DNA of 61,307 nucleotides from Bacillota bacterium (GTDB lineage Bacteria; Bacillota; Clostridia; Lachnospirales; Lachnospiraceae): NCBI GenBank assembly GCA_023416695.1, contig JAEZGY010000064.1, positions 1 to 61,307 of the forward strand, read 5' to 3'. Shown piece by piece: positions 56,072 to 61,307 of this stretch (position 1 is its first letter; each line of letters starts with the position of its first letter). The notes under the pieces were generated by a model. It saw only the letters and a program-made list of their open reading frames with translations, ran no database searches and was not told where the DNA came from. The position numbers and the translations under genes were made by a program.

Positions 56072-58117
56072 ATGAAGGAAGAATTAAATGTTGGGTTTAT
56101 AGGAAATCCCAACTGTGGAAAGACAACACTATTTAATGCATATACTGGTGCAAAGCTTAAAGTGGCAAATTGGCCTGGAGTGACGGTAGAGAAGAAGGAA
56201 GGGGCTATGAAGTACCACAATCAACATTTTAAATTGGTGGACCTTCCAGGAATATATAGTCTAACTTCTTATACCATGGAAGAAAAGCTATCTAGAGAAT
56301 ACATTTTAAGTGATCAAGTAGATGTTATAGTGGATATTGCAGATGCCTCCTGTCTTGAACGTAATTTATACTTGACTCTACAGCTAATTGAGCTTGGCAA
56401 ACCAGTCATTCTGGCCCTTAACATGATGGACATTGTTGAGGAGAGGGGAATGGAGATTGATCTTCACAGAATGCCGGAGATGCTTGGTATTCCGGTAATT
56501 CCAGTGTCTGCTAGAAAGAAAACGGGTTTAAATATTCTCATGCATACGGTTGCTCACCATAAGTCCAAGACTTGTGAGGTGTTAGAACACCATCATGATG
56601 AGTTAATTAATACAACACATAGACATCTTCACCATAAAGAATTTGCCGTTGTATATTCGGATGAGATTGAGGATAAAATAGATGAGTTGATAGTAGCACT
56701 TCATGAGTTTAATCCTGAGCTTTATAATCCAAGATGGTATGCCATTAAGCTATTAGAGACAGATAAGGATATTGTAGCTATGTTTCCTAAATCCATCACC
56801 TCTTTGGTAGATCGCAGCTATGAGAAAGAGATTATTAATCAGAAATATGATTTTATTGAAGAAATAGTAGAAGAATGTATTGTCAATAAGTCCAAAAAAG
56901 AAGCATCCACAGATCGCATTGATGCTTTTCTTACCAATCGCTATGCAGGTATCCCAGTCTTTTTGGGTATCATGGCCTTGGTATTCTTCCTTACCTTTAC
57001 GATTGGTGATTGGATGAAGGGATATTTTGAAGTGTTCCTTGATAACTTTTCCACTGCCACAAAGCACATACTTGGGCTCATTGGGGCAGGCCCTACGGTA
57101 ACCTCTTTGGTTGTAGACGGAATTATAGCTGGTGTAGGAGGAATTCTTACCTTCCTACCTAATATATTTATCTTGTTTCTAGCCCTCGCTATTCTTGAGG
57201 ATAGTGGCTATATGGCTAGAGTTGCTTATGTCATGGATGGGCTTATGGGGAAACTTGGTCTTTCTGGAAGAGCTTTTATTCCTATGTTGCTTGGGTTTGG
57301 ATGTACGGTTCCTGCTATTATGGCTTCTAGAGCACTAGAGGATATTAAGGACAAGAGAAAGGTAATTCTCATCACTCCATTTATGTCTTGTAGCGCTAAA
57401 CTACCTATTTACGTCTTGTTTTCTCAAATTTTCTTTGAGAAATATGCCATGTTTGCTGCGTTCTCCATGTATCTCATTGGATTAGCCTTAGGTATCCTAG
57501 TGGCATTAATTATGAAGCTTTTTGAAAAAAAGAAGGAGGTTAAAACCTTACTCATTGAACTTCCTGATTACAAAACACCGAATCTCTATACCATTTTTAT
57601 CTATGTATGGGATAAGGTGAAGGATTATCTTACGAAGGCGGGAACCACTATTTTTGTGGCTTCGGTTATCGTATGGTTTATCTTGAATTTTTCTATGAGT
57701 GGTATGGTAGAGGACATGAGCCAAAGCTTTGGGGCGCAGATTGGTAAGGTGTTAGTACCTATTTTAGCACCTTGTGGTCTTGGACTTTGGCAGGTAGGAG
57801 TATCCCTCATTTCTGGTCTTGCTGCCAAGGAGGTTGTAGTATCTAGCTTTTGTGTACTATATGGAATTGCGAATATTAATTCAGAGCAGGGTATGAATAC
57901 CCTACATACTACACTGTCACAGAATGGCTTTGGTGCTCTTAATGCCTTTGCACTTATGTTATTTTGTTTACTGTATACACCATGTATTGCCACCTTGGCT
58001 ACTGTAAAACGAGAGTTAGGCTCTACTAAGTGGATGGCCATTACCGTACTATTTCAGCTGACTGTAGCCTTTGTAGTAACAACATTATTCTATCAAATTG
58101 CCAGCCTAATATTATAA
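56072..58117 (+). CDS. feoB: Ferrous iron transporter FeoB
   Basis: N-terminal G-domain (GNPNCGKTT, DLPG) plus gate and permease domains. Confidence 0.9.
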   Translation: MKEELNVGFIGNPNCGKTTLFNAYTGAKLKVANWPGVTVEKKEGAMKYHNQHFKLVDLPGIYSLTSYTMEEKLSREYILSDQVDVIVDIADASCLERNLYLTLQLIELGKPVILALNMMDIVEERGMEIDLHRMPEMLGIPVIPVSARKKTGLNILMHTVAHHKSKTCEVLEHHHDELINTTHRHLHHKEFAVVYSDEIEDKIDELIVALHEFNPELYNPRWYAIKLLETDKDIVAMFPKSITSLVDRSYEKEIINQKYDFIEEIVEECIVNKSKKEASTDRIDAFLTNRYAGIPVFLGIMALVFFLTFTIGDWMKGYFEVFLDNFSTATKHILGLIGAGPTVTSLVVDGIIAGVGGILTFLPNIFILFLALAILEDSGYMARVAYVMDGLMGKLGLSGRAFIPMLLGFGCTVPAIMASRALEDIKDKRKVILITPFMSCSAKLPIYVLFSQIFFEKYAMFAAFSMYLIGLALGILVALIMKLFEKKKEVKTLLIELPDYKTPNLYTIFIYVWDKVKDYLTKAGTTIFVASVIVWFILNFSMSGMVEDMSQSFGAQIGKVLVPILAPCGLGLWQVGVSLISGLAAKEVVVSSFCVLYGIANINSEQGMNTLHTTLSQNGFGALNAFALMLFCLLYTPCIATLATVKRELGSTKWMAITVLFQLTVAFVVTTLFYQIASLIL

Positions 58118-58128
58118 GGAGGGATTGT

Positions 58129-58287
58129 ATGGCACCTTATATCATAGGGGGATTGATTCTTTGCTATGTTGCCTTTGTTATTGTTAAAAGGGCAAAAGAG
58201 ATAAAAAAGGGACGCTATTGTAGCTGTGGTTGTGATAGCTGTAGCTCAAAATGTAAAGATTCGTTAAATAAAAAAAAGGAAATATAA
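58129..58287 (+). CDS. FeoB-associated Cys-rich membrane protein
   Basis: TM helix followed by CSCGCDSCSSKCK. TAAGGAGGG RBS before ATG 58129. Confidence 0.6.
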   Translation: MAPYIIGGLILCYVAFVIVKRAKEIKKGRYCSCGCDSCSSKCKDSLNKKKEI

Positions 58288-58347
58288 AGGTTTTGTCTAA
58301 TAATAGTTATAACCGTAGAATAGAATCTTGTCGTAAGGGGAAAGCTT

Positions 58348-59367
58348 ATGGAAACGATGAATCTTAGACAAAAACAAGAGTTAAGAGAGCATAAGTACTA
58401 TAGTCCTTATGCTTCTTTTAGTGATGCCTCTTTGGGGAGAGATGTATATGAGGACCCATGTGATATACGTACTATTTATCAAAGAGATCGAGATCGAATT
58501 CTTCATAGTAAGGCATTTCGAAGATTGAAGCAAAAAACCCAGGTATTTCTTGCACCATCAGGTGATCATTATAGAACTCGATTAACCCACACCTTAGAAG
58601 TGTCTCAAATATCTAGAACCATTACAAGGGCATTGCAACTTAATGAAGATCTAACTGAGGCCATTGCTTTAGGCCATGATTTGGGACACACCCCTTTTGG
58701 CCATGCCGGTGAGAGGGCATTAGAAGCCGTTTGTCCAGAAGGCTTTCATCATCATCTTCAGAGCCTTCGCGTAGTAGAACTTTTAGAAAAGCATGGCAAT
58801 GGTTTAAATCTTACTAAGGAAGTAAGAGATGGAATAGCCAATCATCAGACGGCTGGAAAACCATCCACCTTAGAGGGGAAGATAGTTCGCTTATCCGACA
58901 AGATTGCCTATATAAATCATGATATTGATGATGCTATTCGTGGTAAAATATTAAAAGAAGTAGATATTCCTACCAAATACACTAGTGTTTTAGGACATAG
59001 TGTTAAGGAAAGGTTGAATAAATTGATTCATGATATTATACTTTCCAGTGATGGGAAAAATGATATTATTATGTCTCCTGAAGTCGAAGAAACAATGTAT
59101 GGACTAAGAAGATTCATGTTTGTTAACGTCTATACGAATCCGATTGCTAAGGGACAGGAATCCAAGGCAGAAAATCTGGTCAAGTACCTATATGAATATT
59201 ATATTGCACATATAGACTTATTACCATCGGACTACCGTGGGCTTATTGAGAAGAAGGGTGAATCCATGGAAAGAGTAGTCTGTGATTACATTGCAGGAAT
59301 GACGGATCATTATGCCATAGAGAAATTTCAAGAAGTCAACATTCCAAAGTTTTGGAGTGTATATTAA
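58348..59367 (+). CDS. dgt: dGTP triphosphohydrolase-like HD-domain protein
   Basis: RTRLTHTLEVSQI...LGHDLGHTPFGH HD motif. Sits upstream of dnaG. Confidence 0.8.
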   Translation: METMNLRQKQELREHKYYSPYASFSDASLGRDVYEDPCDIRTIYQRDRDRILHSKAFRRLKQKTQVFLAPSGDHYRTRLTHTLEVSQISRTITRALQLNEDLTEAIALGHDLGHTPFGHAGERALEAVCPEGFHHHLQSLRVVELLEKHGNGLNLTKEVRDGIANHQTAGKPSTLEGKIVRLSDKIAYINHDIDDAIRGKILKEVDIPTKYTSVLGHSVKERLNKLIHDIILSSDGKNDIIMSPEVEETMYGLRRFMFVNVYTNPIAKGQESKAENLVKYLYEYYIAHIDLLPSDYRGLIEKKGESMERVVCDYIAGMTDHYAIEKFQEVNIPKFWSVY

Positions 59368-59391
59368 CAAAAATTCTGCTAGGGAGGACCT

Positions 59392-61164
59392 ATGTATTAT
59401 CCAGAAGATATTGTAGAAGAAGTAAGACAACGCAATGATATTGTGGATGTAATCTCAACTTATGTAAAGTTACAAAAAAAAGGTGGGAATTATTTTGGAC
59501 TTTGTCCTTTTCATAATGAGAAAAGCCCTTCCTTTAGCGTAAGCGGACCAAAACAGATGTATCACTGCTTTGGTTGTGGTGTTGGGGGTAATGTATTCAC
59601 CTTCGTAATGGAATATGAGAATTATACCTTTGTAGAGGCTTTAAAAATGTTAGCAGAGCGTTCTGGAGTGGATCTTCCTAAGGTGGAATTTTCACAGGAA
59701 GAGAAAAAACAGGCAGATTTAAAGGCAGAGCTTCTTGAGATTAATAAAGAGGCTGCGAAATACTATTTCTATCAGTTAAAGATGGAAAATGGGGCCAACG
59801 CACTAAAATATCTTACAGACCGAGAACTGACCCTAGAGACCATACAAAAATTTGGGTTAGGCTATTCCAATAAAACTAGTAATGATTTGTACCACTATCT
59901 AAAGAAACAAGGCTATCAAGACGAAATATTAAAACAGTCAGGTCTTATTACTTTTGATGAAGCTAGAGGTATTTATGATAAGTTCTGGAACCGTGTTATG
60001 TTTCCTATTATGGATGTAAATAATAGAGTCATTGGTTTTGGAGGACGAGTTATGGGTAAGGGAGAGCCAAAGTACTTAAACTCTCCAGAAACGAAGGTGT
60101 TTGATAAGAGCCGTACTTTATATGGTATGAATCAAGCAAGAATCTCCAGAAGGCCAAATATGATTATTTGCGAGGGCTATATGGATGTAATTGCGCTTCA
60201 TCAGGCTGGCTTTAATAATGCAGTAGCTAGTTTAGGTACAGCTTTTACAGGTCTTCAGGCAAATCTGTTAAAACGATACACCAATGAGGTGCTAGTTACC
60301 TATGATAGTGATGAAGCAGGAACCAAAGCTGCACTACGTGCCATCCCTATATTAAAGGAGGCTGGGTTATCTATTAGGATAGTCAATATGCAACCATATA
60401 AAGATCCAGATGAGTTTATAAAGGCCTTAGGAGCAGAAGAGTTCCAAAAGAGGTTGGAGCAAGCAGAAAATAGTTTTTATTTTGAGATAGAGGTGTTACA
60501 GAAAAGCTATAATTTAAGTGATCCAGAAGCCAAAACAAGATTCTTTAACGAAGTTGCAAAGAAGATGCTTGTTTTTTCAGAGGAAATTGAACGCAATAAT
60601 TATATTGAGGCCATTGCTAGAAAGTATAATATTGCATTCGAGGATTTGCGGAAGCTTGTGAATCGCTATGGCGCTCAGCTTGGTGGAAGTCCATATGTAG
60701 AAAGAACCTATGAGGAAGATGCAAAGAGAAAGAAAAAGAAAGAGGACGGAATCAAGGAGTCTCAAAAAATTCTTCTTACCTGGTTAATCGAGGACACCAG
60801 CTTGTTTTCACTGTTAAGGGGAATTATTACACCAGATGATTTTTTAGACCCACTATACCATAGTGTAGCCAAAATGTTATTTGAACAGTTTGATACTACT
60901 GGACAAGTTCTACCGGCTAAAATAATTAATCACTTTGAAAGTGTAGAAGAGCAGAATGAAGTGGCTTCTTTGTTTAATAGTAGTATTGGAGAGGACTTAA
61001 GTGTTCAAGAAAGAGAAAAAGCATTAAATGAAACTATCATAAAAATAAAAAAGAACAGTCTTGATAATGCAAGCCGAACTGTAACCGATATAAAAAAATT
61101 ACAGGAGATTATCAAAGAACAGGCCAATTTACAGAAATTGCATATTTCTTTGAATCGTGGTTAG
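59392..61164 (+). CDS. dnaG: DNA primase
   Basis: Zinc ribbon CPFHNEKSPSFSV...CFGCG, and a TOPRIM domain (EGYMDV). Confidence 0.9.
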   Translation: MYYPEDIVEEVRQRNDIVDVISTYVKLQKKGGNYFGLCPFHNEKSPSFSVSGPKQMYHCFGCGVGGNVFTFVMEYENYTFVEALKMLAERSGVDLPKVEFSQEEKKQADLKAELLEINKEAAKYYFYQLKMENGANALKYLTDRELTLETIQKFGLGYSNKTSNDLYHYLKKQGYQDEILKQSGLITFDEARGIYDKFWNRVMFPIMDVNNRVIGFGGRVMGKGEPKYLNSPETKVFDKSRTLYGMNQARISRRPNMIICEGYMDVIALHQAGFNNAVASLGTAFTGLQANLLKRYTNEVLVTYDSDEAGTKAALRAIPILKEAGLSIRIVNMQPYKDPDEFIKALGAEEFQKRLEQAENSFYFEIEVLQKSYNLSDPEAKTRFFNEVAKKMLVFSEEIERNNYIEAIARKYNIAFEDLRKLVNRYGAQLGGSPYVERTYEEDAKRKKKKEDGIKESQKILLTWLIEDTSLFSLLRGIITPDDFLDPLYHSVAKMLFEQFDTTGQVLPAKIINHFESVEEQNEVASLFNSSIGEDLSVQEREKALNETIIKIKKNSLDNASRTVTDIKKLQEIIKEQANLQKLHISLNRG

Positions 61165-61198
61165 ACTATTAGGAGATTGAAAAAAAGGGTGGTAATAT

Positions 61199-61307
61199 AT
61201 GGAAGAAAATGTAGCGAAATTTTCTGAAAAACTGAATGAGCTTTTGGCAATTGCAAAAAAGAAGAAGAATGTCCTTGAATTTCAGGAAATCAATGATTTT
61301 TTTGCAG
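61199..61307 (+). CDS. rpoD: RNA polymerase sigma factor RpoD/SigA (N-terminal fragment, runs off the window)
   Basis: MEENVAKFSEKLNELLAIAKKK start and position after dnaG. Confidence 0.7.
   Translation, partial: MEENVAKFSEKLNELLAIAKKKKNVLEFQEINDFFA

Noticed and set aside
1-61307. CRISPR arrays, tRNA or rRNA genes, transposases or integrases
   Set aside because: I found no regularly spaced direct repeats, no cloverleaf-compatible segments in the intergenic regions I examined, and no ORF with transposase or integrase motifs. Only direct inspection was possible, so tRNAscan or Infernal should confirm this.

Overview
This 61.3-kb window reads as chromosomal DNA from a low-GC Firmicute, probably a Clostridia/Lachnospiraceae-type genome. 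It is densely coded and most genes run on the + strand. Gene identifications below rest on motifs I recognise by eye, not on any database search.

Most of the window is housekeeping. From the start it carries ilvE and a split Pho locus. That locus has a first pstS copy, then xth, a tiny Cys-rich ORF, a PHP phosphoesterase, a membrane protein and a C39-like peptidase, then a second pstS, pstCAB, phoU and phoPR. Pho-box-like TTTACA arrays sit upstream of both pstS copies. The next genes are pyk, an RNase H1 with an N-terminal hybrid-binding domain, rubrerythrin, a CobO-type adenosyltransferase, a polar amino-acid ABC transporter, a GNAT acetyltransferase, an AI-2E transporter, and a MarR regulator with two heterodimeric-type ABC exporters. 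Further on are a MoxR/DUF58/transglutaminase triad, a lipoprotein with two tandem FMN-binding domains followed by a thioredoxin-reductase-like flavoprotein, sbcDC, an AEC transporter, galE and an XpaC/TelA stress module. The last genes are putP, an ABC-2 exporter, aroD, a flavin reductase, queH, DUF2085, a flotillin, Fur-boxed feoAB, and the dgt-dnaG-rpoD (partial) macromolecular-synthesis operon. I found no tRNA, rRNA, CRISPR array, transposase or integrase.

The stand-out is a compact minus-strand locus at 27137-29093. It has a promoter, a 175-aa ORF of unknown function, and then a 139-nt non-coding segment. That segment is bounded by a perfect 14-bp terminal inverted repeat, is internally hairpin-rich, and has a 111-nt core. 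It is followed by a 410-aa reverse transcriptase with a retron-type NAxxH motif, YSDD, and a thumb-like C-terminal extension. The layout is retron-like or defence-RT-like but does not fit canonical retron, group II intron, DGR or DRT2 expectations, so it is a candidate undescribed RT-based system.

Secondary items include the perfect dyad operators at several promoters (trxB-like, sbcD, marR) and the 18-bp hairpin in the putP leader. There is also a ~200-nt structured terminator-ended segment downstream of pyk, and several Cys-rich mini-proteins.
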